A stretch of DNA of 35,140 bases from Folioceros fuciformis (taxonomy: Eukaryota). The stretch covers positions 214,858-249,997 of the forward strand of contig JBNGIO010006132.1 of the NCBI GenBank assembly GCA_049999805.1, given 5' to 3'. Below are positions 9,325-21,746 of this stretch, in pieces (position 1 is the first letter of the stretch; each line of letters opens with the position of its first letter). Position numbers and translations under genes: made by a program. The notes under the pieces are model-generated. The model did no database searches. It saw only the letters and a program-made list of their open reading frames with translations, and was not told the origin of the DNA.

Positions 9325-12300
9325 ATGGATCACGACGCGCAGCCCCCGCCGCCCAAGCTTGCACCGAGCCCCAAGGAAAAGGACGCCAAGAAGAAGAAGG
9401 ATGAGAGGAAGGACGAAGACCTGGTACACTTGTCATCCCAGCCGCAACTGGCAGTTGTCTGTGCATTTCAAGCAGAATTCATCTCACTCGGAGCTGCCTG
9501 CAGTCCGAGGAGGACCTTGCCCTCAAGCAGCAACTGGAGCTGTACGTGGAGAGGGTGCAAGATACGGATCCGGGAGTGCAAAAACTGGCCTTGGAGAGCA
9601 TGAGGTAGGTCAAGGAGTGGTGATTTCTGGCATCGCAATTGGGGCGAGGTCTGACTTGGGGCTACAACAGGCAAGAAATTCGGACTGCCACCAGCTCCAT
9701 GACGTCCGTCCCGAAGCCTCTCAAGTTTCTCAGGCCTCATTATCGGACGCTGAAGGCCTTTTATGACACCATGTCCAACCCGGAACTGAAGGTTTGCAGT
9801 GCTGATTGAGCCAGCTGTTGGACGGGGTTTATTCGGCGTTAAGGCAGCCTCTTGTTTGCTTACTACCACTTGAATTATGGTGTTGCAGACGTACCTGGCA
9901 GATATCATTTCAGTGCTGGCGTTGACGATGGCTGAAGACGGTGACAGGGTATTTGCATTCCTCTGTATAGCTCGAAGACATGAACTTGCTTTCCTCTGCA
10001 CAGCCTGGCTACGTTGCAAGTGTTCTGATGGGCTGCCTCGAATGGCAGGAAAGCTTGCGGTTTAGATTGCAAGGGTCAGCGGGAGATATTGGTTCATGGG
10101 GACATGAGTATGTCAGGTGAGCGTTCTGCTCAGGGCGCCGGCTTACATTGTTAAGAGTCTCTTTTGGGGGGTCGGCATAATCGTTTTCCACGAGCTTGCT
10201 GCTGTTTGCGCATATGAGCTGTGAGGCGTGAATGTGTCTGTCTCTTGACCTTGCTTACCATGCCCCAGCTCCTACTATTCCGGTCACAGCTGATATAGTC
10301 ATGGCACATGTTGGAATCTCATGGTACTTTTACGCACAGAAATCTATCTGGAGAAATCGGCCAAGAGTTTCAAAAGCGGCAGGTACGAACATCTTATCCA
10401 CGGTCGATCCTCCCTTTCTTGGCACGCCTGGAGCACGGATATTGGGTGAACTATGCGGGATATCTGTGTTAAAAACACCTCTTCTTGTGTACAGGCTGAG
10501 GATAGACCTGTGGATGATCTCATGGAACTTGTGAGGCAGATTGTCCCTTTCCACGTGAAGGTATGTCTTTTTGCCTTTCTGTACACCGTCCAGCAAGCTC
10601 TGCACACTAGTTTAGTCCGCATATCGCTGGCTCTGTGTACTCCTTCGTCAGAGATCCTTACGTTTCATCACTCTTTGCAGCATAATGCAGAGCCAGAAGC
10701 TGCTGACCTGCTTATGGAGGTAAGTTCATTTTTTCTTTGTCTTATTTGAGTGCCGTTTACAAGTAGTTTTTGCTTTGCAATGACGTGTTTGCTGAACAAT
10801 CTATGCAGGTGGAAGAGCTTGATATGATGATAGAACACATTGACAAGACCAACTACAGACGTATCTGCTCTTACCTGACCAGCATTACCAGGTTAGCTAG
10901 GCTTTTGCTTTGTAATATCCATACCTGCTTGGTTGTTGTGTTGTGTATCTTGGTCTTCACATGGCTGGTAGATGACGTTTGTTACTTGCAGTTATGTTCC
11001 TGAGCCGGAGGATATGTCTGTTCTTGATCTTGCATATCGAATTTACATGAAATTCGAAAAGTATCCTGATGCACTCAGAGTAGCACTGCGGATGGATAAT
11101 CCTACGGTACCTTCGTTTTTCTTGGTGTTTGGTTCACAGTAGTTCAATGCAGAAACGGGGCCGAAGATAATGGTGCGTGTGCTCACGCTTTGTGGCCTCA
11201 AATGTTGGCAGTATGTGAAGGCTATCATTTCTTCTTGTAAAGATGTTCTGGAGAAGTGGCAACTTGGTTACATTCTTGCTCGGCAGGTTGGTTGTTGGGT
11301 GCAAAACCCAAAACGTTATGGCGATGCACCCGCTGGTTTGTGAAATCCTCACCTTGTGTGTTTTGTTTGACAGTCAGTTCCATTGGAGTTAGATGATGAC
11401 ATGGTAGACGGGGAAGAGCACAGGGAGCTCCTGCAGGAAATCATCAGCAACAGCAAACTCAGTGAGGGCTACCTAACTCTTGCTCGAGATCTTGAAGTCA
11501 TGGAGCCCAAGACGCCAGAAGACATCTATAAGGTACTTAGACCTGACTGCTCATGTTCAAAGGACTCTGAAGTGCGTTTCACTCCTGGAGTGATGCTGAC
11601 ACATTCTTCTTTTCTTAGGCACATTTGATTGATGGGCGCTCTGCGTCCAGTGCCATTGTCGATTCTGCTCGTCAGAACCTGGCAGCCACACTTGTGAATG
11701 CTTTCGTAAATGCAGGATTTGGGCAGGTAACTGAATGTTGGTCTGCTTTGTACTTACCTTTTGTATGCATTTGTGCCCCCTCTTGGTACGTTTAATTACA
11801 TTGGTGGTTTGTTTGCAGGATAAGTTAATGACTGCTNNNNNNNNNNNNNNNNNNNNNNNNNNNNNNNNNNNNNNNNNNNNNNNNNNNNNNNNNNNNNNNN
11901 NNNNNNNNNNNNNNNNNNNNNNNNNNNNNNNNNNNNGTGGAATCGAAACAGTTGAGCTCATGTATATGTTTGTAGGGGGTCATATACCTCTGGGACGTGG
12001 AAGGAGGGCTTCCAGTGGTCGACAAATATCTTTACAGTACTGACAACAATGTTGTGGCTGGAGCTCTGTTGTCTGTTGGCATAATCAACTGTGGCGTTCA
12101 CAACGAATGTGATCCTGTAAGTATGTGCCTCGATTGCATGTCAGCTAAAGTAAACCACCGAAAGCGGCATAGACTTATGTTGTTTGCTGCAGGCATATGC
12201 CCTCCTTTATGAACATGTGAACAAAGAAGATACAACAATCCGTATTGGTGCTATCATGGGCCTCGGCTTGGCATATGCTGGATCTCAGAAGGAGGAGGTG

Positions 12301-14484
12301 ATTTACGAAGCAGCCTTTTACATCTAGGTGTCCACTGTCAAGTAGTAGAAGGTGTGCTAAAAGTCTCTTGTGATACTGAACACGTACCTGTTTGTTGTCT
12401 CAGGTGTTGGAGTTGCTGACTCCGATTGTGACTGATCCCAAAGTTGGGATTGATGTGTCCGGCTTTGCAGCCATATCTTTGGGCTTGATATATGTTGGTT
12501 CTTGCCACGAGGATGTGGCTCAGTCAATCATCCTTGCGCTCATGGAGCGTTCCGATACAGAACTAGCAGACCCACTTGCCAGGTTCCTCTGTTTGGGGTT
12601 GGGTCTTCTATATTTGGGAAAGCAGGTACAAGGCGTTGAGCTTGCTTGCATTGAGCTTGGCAGCTGCCTGTGGTGACTTTGTCCTGTATTTGGCTAGGGA
12701 ACGTGTTCTCGAGGTCGTTAAGTGCCTGTCTATTGCATTGTCGTACAGTGTTGTTTTTGGCAACCATGATCCCAGTAAACATCATTGTGTTCTTCATCCG
12801 TCATGGCCAGGAAGCAGCAGAAGCAACAATGGAAGTTGCCAAGACGTTCAGCAATGAAAAGATCTCGAAGTATTGCATTGTGACCCTTGAGGCATGTGCA
12901 TATGCAGGCACAGGCAATGTCTTAAAGGTGAGTTTCGTTGACATGATGCAAATATTGCTTTTTGAAGAATGCTTTCCTGCGCTGTGTGGTCTGAGTTTCT
13001 TCTTACAACATTATTACTGGGAGCAGGTACAGCATCTTCTGGGGCTTTGCGTTGACCACCAACAAGAAACCCATCAAGCACCTGCTGTTCTTGGCATTGC
13101 CCTTGTCGCAATGGCTGAGGAGCTTGGTTTAGAAATGGCAATCCGGTCATTGGAACACCTGTTGCAGTATGGTGAACAAAACATTCGACGTGCTGTGCCC
13201 CTGGCTCTGGCCTTGTTATCCATATCAAATCCAAAGGTATGAGATGGATGTTTCTTAGCGAAATATAGACCACTTTGTGTTTTATCCCTCTGCAAGCAGA
13301 CCGTACGTTTTTGTTAATCGCTCACCCCTGTTGTGCCTGCCTGCAGATAACTGTTATGGACACCCTGAGCAGACTCAGTCATGACAGTGATGCGGAGGTT
13401 GCTATGGTACGTCCTTTGCTTGCAGCTTTGTATGGTTTAAGCATCATGTGCTCACGAGAAGGACCTGATTTGTCTGACGACTCTTGTACGTGGTTTGCAG
13501 TCTGCAACGGTGTCACTAGGTCTTATTGGAGCAGGCACAAATAATGCTAGGATTGCTGGGATGCTTCGAAATTTATCCAGCTATTATCACAAAGACCCGA
13601 GTCTTCTCTTTTGTGTAAGACTACAGCCCGTCAAGAAGGTGAAAGCATTTTATGTCTTTGTACACTTGTTTTCAGCATGGACTGAGTTCCTTGTTTGTGG
13701 CAGGTGCGCATTGCACAAGGACTAGTGCATATGGGCAAGGGGCTCCTTACGTTGAACCCTTACCATTCTGACCGTTTCCTGTTATCTAAGTATGTGCTGC
13801 CTCCGTGTTCTCTCTTTTGAGTTGACGGATTGGGATGCTTTCATATGTGGAGGTGGCTTGTGCACTATCCAGCTCATGGTTGTCTCGGTGAATACGTTTG
13901 TGGTGCGCAGCGTGGCCTTGGCAGGCCTGACAACTTGCCTTCATGCTTGTCTGGACATGAAGAACACTGTTCTCGGGAAGTTTCACTATGTTTTATATTA
14001 TCTTGTTTTGGCCATGCAGGTAAAACATCCCTCTATGCGTGCCATTCTTTGTTTCACGATTGTTGTCCCGTTGCAATGGGACCGTTGTCTTGAAGTTCTG
14101 TACTAAGCTGATTATTGTTTTTGTGTGAATGCTTGCAGCCTCGCATGCTTCTAACTCTTGACGAGAATTTGAAGCCTATATCCGTTCCAGTTCGAGTAGG
14201 ACTAGCTGTTGACGTTGTAGGACAGGCCGGTCGACCAAAGACCATAACTGGATTTCAAACGCACACGACTCCCGTCCTCCTGGCTACCGGCGACAGGGCG
14301 GAGTTGGCTACTGAAAGGTAAGTGCACAGGCCAGAAACGGTTTTCACTGCTTGCATTTGAATTCAGATGCTGACAGTGGCAGTATGTGGTTTTTCACAGG
14401 TATATTCCTCTGTCGTCCGTCCTCGAAGGGTTCGTTGTGCTAAAGGAAAATCCAGACTATGTGCAGGACCATTTGAGTACATAA
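9325..14484 (+). CDS. RPN1: 26S proteasome non-ATPase regulatory subunit 2 (RPN1/PSMD2), 25 exons
   Basis: GT-AG exons: 9325-9423, 9504-9604, 9671-9791, 9889-9948, 10049-10116, 10340-10382, 10495-10560, 10681-10719, 10809-10891, 10992-11106, 11212-11286, 11374-11532, 11619-11726, 11819-(gap), 11976-12116, 12193-12297, 12404-12625, 12811-12927, 13027-13236, 13347-13406, 13501-13614, 13704-13789, 13911-14019, 14139-14317, 14400-14484. Hallmark peptides: [81 protein letters not shown]. Part of exon 14 lies in the N gap at 11837-11936. Confidence 0.96.
11837..11936. other. Assembly gap (100 N) within RPN1
   Basis: Run of N. Other gaps occur at 2147-2156 and 26716-26815. Confidence 0.99.
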
Positions 14485-14811
14485 GCTGTTGAATTACTTG
14501 CTCCCGCCTGTTGCGGTCGGCAATCACAAAGGGAAAACGTTTTTCGCATTTTGGTGCATTTTCAAGCAACCCTGTCGGAACAGCAAGATGTTGTCTACAA
14601 GTACTGACCTTCCTCAGCTGGGTAGCTTGCTTGCACTCTGAGCTCTTGGGCGGGTGCCGAAGTGTTGCGTGCCCGGAGGGTGTTTGATAGCAGGATAGAC
14701 ACCAGAGTTGGTTCCGTAAAGTAACGAGATGCGTCCTCGTTCAGCCCACGATGCCTTGAGGATCAACTATCGGTCTCTGTTCACCCCCTTCGCCATACAA
14801 TTTGTTAGCTG

Positions 14812-17571
14812 TCAGCTGAGCTCATCCACTAGTCGGTGCAGCAGAGCTGCTTGCGCGTGCCTGTGATCTCCCACCAAGAACCTATGGACCTCCTGCTGAT
14901 GCTTGATCCAAGTCTGCCCTGGCTGCTTCCATGCACATGCTTTCCGTCTGATGTAATCTACTTCGTGAGCAGAGTCCCACATGCCGGCATCGGAATAGAT
15001 GTTGGACATCAGTACATAGGGTGCTGCCTGTTCAGGCTGCAACCTGGTAGCGCAGTCAAAGGCTCGCCTAGCCAGTGCCACGTTGCCATGCTTTCGACAC
15101 GCGCCAAGCAAACAGAGCCAGACAGCCATGGTGGGCTCCATCGACATACGCAAGAGGAAGTTTTCTGCCTTGTGAAACAATCCCGCACGTCCGACTAGAT
15201 CAATCACACAGACGTAGTGCTCAATGGAGGGGGAAATGCCGTGGTCTTTGGTCATGCTGTCGAAGTACTCCAGTCCCGTATCTACCATGCAAGCGTGAGT
15301 GCACGCCAAGAGCAGGGGCAAGAAGGTAACTCCATCTGGCTTCCAACCTGCAGAACACATTTGCTCGTAACATCGCTCACTCATATCAAAATCCCCTTGC
15401 CGGGCGTACCCCGTAATCAGCGCATTCCAGGACTCCAAGCTGGGCTGAGGCAGGGCGTCAAAAACCAGCTGTGCATCTTCCATGCTTCCGCACTTACCAT
15501 AAGCATGGATCAAACTGGTTGCCACGGAGAGGCTACACTTTACTCTGCCCTCATATACCTTCCGGTGGGTCTCCCTTGTGGTATCCAGGGCTCCAACGCT
15601 GCTGCAAGCTTCCAGTACAGAAAGAAACGTGGCCTCTTCTGGTTCAATTCCTTCCAGTTGCATCTGGGCGTACAGTTGCAAAGCCTTGTCTCCTTGCTCC
15701 TGCTGAGCGTAAGCTGCAATCATTGCATTCCATAACACCACGTCCCGGTGGGAGACGCCCTGGAATACATGTTCAGCATCCTTGATGCTCCCACACTTTG
15801 CATACATATTAATTAGGGTGCTACCCACATACATGTCTGACGCATAACCCAGCGCAGCAGCTCGTTGATGTATTTCCTTCCCCTTCTGCAGTGAATTGAC
15901 TTTAACTGAGTGCCCATCCACATGAGCACTTTCCTCCTGTTCTGCAATGCTGGTATATGCTTGGATGCAGCTCACAAAGGTTCGAGCATCCACCATGATA
16001 CCTTTCTCTTGCATTTGATCATACATCTCTATCGCCTTTCCTCCCTGGCCATGCTGAGCGTATACTGTCAAAATCACATTCCACAATCCTCTGTTCCTGC
16101 CGCAGAGCCGCTCAAACACTTCCTGCACATCCAGCATGCTACCGCATTTTGCATACATACAAACTAAGGCGCTACCAACGAAGGTGTCCGATTCAAAACC
16201 CCTCTCGACCGCTTCAGCATGCATCTGCTTTCCCTGTCGGATTGAGTTGAGCTTTACAGCCTGCATCCCAACATGTGTCGGTTCCTCTTTTTCTGCAACA
16301 TAGCCACATGCCTGGAGTGAGCTGACAAAAGTCCGTGCATCTGGCCTGAAACCTGCGTCTTGCATGGCTGCATACACCTGCAAGGCAGCTTCTCCTTGTC
16401 CCTGCTGAACATGTGCTGCAATCATTGCATTCCACGAGACAACATTACGGTGCAGCAATCCGTCAAAAACTAATCGAGCATCCCTAATGCTCCCACACTT
16501 CGCATACATGCTGACCAAAGTGCTACCAACGAAGACATCTGAGTCAACGCCCCTTATAGCAGCTTGAGCATGTAGTTCCTTTCCTTGCCGAAGAGACTTC
16601 AATCTGATACGTACGCCATGTATGAATACACTTTCCTCCTGTTCTGCGAGTGAGCCACATGCCTGGAGAGCACTGACGAAAGTTCTGTCATCTGGCACGG
16701 CTCCATCCTCTCGCATTTGGCTATAGACTTGCAAGGCCCTTTCTCCTTGCTCCTCTTGAGCATATGCTGCAATCATCGCATTCCATGATGCCACATCTCG
16801 TCGACAGAGGCCAGCAAACACCTGTTGTGCATCCAAGGTACTTCCGCACTTGGCATACATGCTAACCAAAGTACTACCAACAAAGACATCTGAATCACAT
16901 CCCTGTCTGACGACATCAGCATGAACCCGCTTGCCCTCCTCCAATACTTCTAACCTGCTGCATGCTTTCAGTAAACTGACAAATGTATATTTATCAGGCT
17001 GAACACCTTCTTGTTGCATTTGCTCATAGCATAAGAGGGCCTCCCGCGCTTCCCCAGCATTACTATACCCGGAAATGATGGCTGTCCAAGAGAAAGCAGT
17101 ACGATGCGGCAGGCCTCTGAACAGTTGCAGCCCGTCCGCAAGGCTCCCGCAATGGACCAGTGTGGCAACCACAAGTTCGCTCAGAAGTCTGTGTGTCCCC
17201 AACCCACGTTCTGCCAGATGTGCATGTACCCACTTAACCTCGGCGAGGGCCTTCATTTTCATGCATACCTGCAGTAAGTTTCTGTACGTTTCCACTGGGG
17301 GTACACTTCCTTGTTGGTCCATGCGGACAAGAAAAAGAAGAGCCATTTCGAGCTGTCCCTCTTTGCATAGGCTCTCCAGTTCAGAAGGATTCCCACAGGC
17401 TTGCGTCCTGCACATAGAAATTAAGCATGGCAATCTCAGGCAGGTACCACACAGAACACACATTTCTCTGCAACCATTTGGTGGATTGGATTACCTATCA
17501 CTCCCCAAAGTCCACCGAGATGTAGAAGCAACCGACACCCCATGGCCAGCTTGGGGTGGAATACGCAGCAT
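14812..17571 (-). CDS. PLS-class pentatricopeptide repeat protein, E/E+ subgroup (organellar RNA-editing factor) without DYW domain, about 883-890 aa
   Basis: Long ORF 14812-17463 with regular P-L-S triplets (WNAMIAAYAQ, TFVS.L.AC, VGSTLVSMYAKCGS), then P2-L2-S2, E1 (VWLCLLGACRKHG), E2 (PYVLMSNIY) and PG box KQPGQTWI...HRFLVGD, followed by a stop. Likely true start is exon 17571-17495 (MLRIPPQAG...) spliced through an 87-bp GT-AG intron (17494-17408). The alternative start is the ATG at 17463. Confidence 0.93.
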
Positions 17572-18848
17572 AGCTGGAAGAGAGCTCGTTCAAGCAAGGC
17601 TTCCACTGGTGGATCAACCAGAGAGACTCCTTCGACCTCCGTTGCCTCAATTGGAGATGAAAGGAACATTTTCTACTCACAGGAGCACAATCAGAGCTGA
17701 AGACGTGAAGCCGAAAGTGATGGAATTGTGCCACAGCTGTAGTTTGGCACTCCTTCTAAAACAACCAAGGACATGGCTCCTACAACTTCACTGGCAGCTG
17801 AAGTCAGCAGCGACAACTGGGTCTAATCTTATTTGCTCCTAAACGGCTTAGAACCAAGAACTTGAACCCTGCCGCCATCGCAATGACCGTTTCTCGGCTA
17901 CCTGGGTCTGCAGGTCTGCTATTGGGCACAAGGCTGCGAGGTTGTCAGGACTCAGGAGACGACTTCAATTCTTACTTCATCTCCATCGCCCACAGTCCAC
18001 ATAAACCTTGTGGACCAAATGCAGAATCCCATTTTTTGAGGAAATGTGTCTCACCTTACAATGAGATCACTCAAATTGTTGCAGTGTAAGAAACATGATA
18101 CAATTCCAGCTTTCTGCATGTCGTAGGTGATCCACATGATACAATTGCATGGGATGCTTGTTGCATCTTGCATATGGGTGTTGGCAAGTCATCCAGAGTC
18201 CACTGGAAAGAACACTGCCTGATGTGGTGGTGTTTCAACTTCAGCAAATCTTAATTTTTCCCGCAGCTCTGGACGCATGAATCAAGCGGACGAGGTTAGT
18301 TCTGACTTGCAACAATCGGCAAGTTAGGGCATTTAGCAAACAGTAATTATGTATACCGGAGGCACTTCAACTTGATGTTCCGGAGAAGCAAATTACAGTA
18401 CGTACTACACCTGAAAGTGAAAGCTTGCCAAGGTACTTGTGGTTGTGGCTTAGGACAAGCACATTATCAGACCTGAATCTGAACTTGCGAATGGTCTGTC
18501 GCCATTCTGTGTCCCGGACAGAAGCACACGAGTTTCGCGTGTCCGCTGTACACATCTGTTCCGGCTAGCGTTCTGCACAGAGTACTGTGAGGCGAGGATG
18601 TTATTCATCCAGCTGATTCATGTTCAGACCAGGAGCAGATTCACATCCTCCAGCTCAGTTTTAGATCTGAGAGCCAATCGCACGGTCGGGGGCACGGGTT
18701 ATTCCTGGTGAGCTGATCTATAGGTCTGTATATCGGCACAGGTATTGCACGATCTGGATGACATCCAAGGAAATTCGGAGCTGCCACAACGGTTGACAGC
18801 AAGTATGGAATATGTTGTGTGACTGTGACGGAGAGACCTGCCGGTTAA

Positions 18849-21746
18849 ATGGAGATGCGGGATCGCGAACCCAATACAGATGCCAGGGCCTCGGACAGTG
18901 ATCACTCTTTGTACGATGGCATGGAGCTGCACGATCTTCGAGACCATGATGTTGGGCTGATCTCAGATGAAGAGTTCGACGAGGAATTTGGCAATCCGTC
19001 CAATTTTGGACATCTCACAAATGGGAGAATGGTGGCAAAAGAAATGGAGGATGATGGATATGCAGTCCGTTCTCTTGCAATCACCATTGCAAAGACGTTG
19101 TGTTATATAGTTCTCTGGTACATTTTCAGCCTGTGTCTTACAATGTAAGTTACTGCCTCTCCTTTTCCTAGCTGTTCCCTTGGAACGGGAAAGATGTGTA
19201 GGGTCATCTGCAGACAGTCTCATCTCGTTTGATGCAAATCTTTGAACCCCTTGCAATTTGGACGCTTCTGGCGCGAACTTGTGTGTTTATCACTCTAGAA
19301 GCTGGTGTTCAGGTACAACAAGGAGCTGCTGGGTGAAAAGCTGGGAAGATTTCCTGCCCCAATGCTGATGAACAGCATCCACTTTTTGATGCAAGCTGTA
19401 ATCTCGACAGTTATGCTCAGATTCTGCTGTGGCTCTTTGCGACCAACTGTGATAATTTCTTGGAAAGACTACTTCTTAAGGGGTACAGTGAACTCAAGCA
19501 TCTTAACTCCAGCGCAGGATATTATGCAGTATTGTCATGTGCTAAATTACACTAACTTATCGATAAAATGTTGTGAATGGTGAATGAATGATATCTCTTG
19601 AAACTGTGGAGATCATAGGATGCCTAGTTGTCAATTTGTAGATATAGTCGATTTGTACTTGCTGGGTAAGTCAAAACGTCGATCCCTTCACAAAATGCTT
19701 AGCAACTTGGTTCAGCGGTTAACATTCTGTCTCATTTGGTTGCTTCAGTGGTCCCAGCTGCATTGGGTACAGCTTTAGATATCAACTTGAGCAACGAGTC
19801 TTTTGTCTTCATCTCAGTCACTTTTGCCACGATGGTATATTCTGGTTTCTAAGATTCTACAATTCCTCTGCATGCGAAACTCAAAATGACTGGCTGACAT
19901 GCATCATGTATACACATCCTGTGACCGAGCAAGCTTTTGCAGTTCGTTATACTAGCTTGACTATGTGTTGCTGATGTTTCCAGTGCAAGTCTGCAGCACC
20001 TGTGTTCCTTCTTCTTTTCGCATTTGCCTTCAAGTGAGTAACAGGTTGAGCCTCGTTTGCAACTCTAGGACTTAGTGGAACTTTTTGACGAGGATTCTTG
20101 ATGCCTTTCCATGGACTGATTTTCATGTAGTTTACTGGAGGTTTTCAACGGTGCCTATGGTTTCTAATTGATGTTTTCATGCGATGTATTAGATTGGAGT
20201 CCCCAAGTTGGAAGCTATTCGGCATCATCACGGTAATTTCATCTGGAGTACTTTTGACAGGTTCGTGAAGCTTTTCTGCACCCAGCAAACAATGCTTCAT
20301 GGAGGCCTGAAGGGCTATTTCAGTTTAGTACTCCCAGCTGTCTAACATCTGTGCTGCTATTCAGCTCTTAAAGAAACAGACTTCAAACTTGCTGGATTCA
20401 TTCTCATAATGCTTTCAGCAGTAATGGCTGGATTTCGATGGACCCTTACACAGATATTGCTTCAGGTATTACTCAAGCTTAGCTTGCACAGCACGGAGCC
20501 TGAGTTTGGGGTTGGGTGCAAAATTTCATAGTCTGCCGTCATGTTGGCCTGGGGTGCTTTTGAATGGTCTGTTGGTGACATTCACTTCTTTGTTTATCTC
20601 GGAGTTTGTGAACGGCTTTCTCATGTTTGATTCTTTGGGTGCATTGGTACTCGCACGTCAAATTGAACAGAAGGAAGAATTTGGTATGTGTTTTCCCCAT
20701 GTCATGACCCTCCGTATTTTAAGCAGTGTTGCTGTCATTCCATATTCCGTACAAGATTCTGAGGAACAATTATGTCAGAGGACGTGAGAGTTTTTGTTGG
20801 TTTCTGAGCATAGTTAGTCACCATTTCAGGTCTTAACAATCCACTCGCTGTCATGAGCTACCTCACTCCTATAATGGCCACGGTGACACTGATCGTCTCC
20901 TTCATGTTGGAGCCTTGGCACAAGCTTGAGGAATCCCGCTACTTTGACTCGTCCTGGCATGGCTTCCAGAGTTGTGCACTCATGTTGCTTGGTGGTACCT
21001 TAGCCTTCTGCATGGTAAGTATCCCGTGACTACTTTATGAGGGAGCAATTACTGGCTCTATGCTTCCTCCACATGCAGGCACCGGGCCTTCATTGTGTGA
21101 GGAAGAGACTGGCCTGGTAACTGCAAGAGCCTGAATGGCGTGTACCGTGGTGCTCTGGTATAGGTGATGGCAGAGTTCCTGGTGATCTCAGAGACAAGTG
21201 CCGTGACCTTGACTGTTGCAGGTGTTGTCAAGGAAGTTATAACCATCGTGGTAAGCTGCATCTGCGAGGATGGAAACCGTTTGAGGATGCTTTAGTGTGT
21301 AACTGCTGTGGAGCACTCTCTCAAGCCAGGAAAAGATTCGCATTTCATGAAACTGACTGTGCCTCCTCTTTTATGCAGGCCGCTATCGTCTTCTTCCACG
21401 ACAGCTTCACCTGGTACAAGGCAGCAGGTCTTGTTGTGATTATATTTGGGGTGTGTCTCTTCAACTGGTACAAGTAAGACTCGGTTCTACAACTTCTTGT
21501 GGTTGTGAAGGTCGAAAGGGATCCCAGTCGTTGTGGAACCCGGATTCCAACAGTCGCTGCCTAGTGCAACAAGGTAACCCACTCTTTTGGTTCTGCAGGT
21601 ACCAGAAACTCCAAGGTGGACTTCATGATCACCATGGCCATGCGACATCTTCTCCAGAAAACATCCCTCTCAAATACACTATTCTTGAGGACATAGAAGT
21701 GAAGGATGCGCCTCGGGATCATCTTGATATGGACAGGACACAGTAG
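18849..21746 (+). CDS. Probable sugar-phosphate/phosphate translocator / nucleotide-sugar transporter (TPT family, At1g06470 / SLC35C2-like), about 432 aa, 11 exons
   Basis: GT-AG exons: 18849-19144, 19313-19482, 19749-19834, 19984-20033, 20193-20260, 20365-20465, 20671-20683, 20830-21014, 21164-21250, 21379-21473, 21599-21746, totalling 1299 nt in frame. Motifs: WYIFSLCLTMYNK, FPAP, LDINLSNES, FATMCKSAAPVF, GFRWTLTQILLQK, TSAVTLTVAGVVKE. Confidence 0.9.

Noticed and set aside
14812..14814. Idea that the PPR TGA is removed by U-to-C editing to extend the protein
   Set aside because: U-to-C editing is organellar while this gene is nuclear, and the same frame hits another stop 15 codons later.
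17075..17842. 255-aa plus-strand ORF antisense to the PPR 5' end
   Set aside because: No recognisable motif, and it overlaps a well-supported gene on the opposite strand.
17900..18848. Additional coding exons upstream of the transporter ATG
   Set aside because: Splice-like sites exist (acceptors at about 18266 and 18723), but I could not link an open frame to 18849. They are probably 5'UTR introns, which cannot be established without RNA data.
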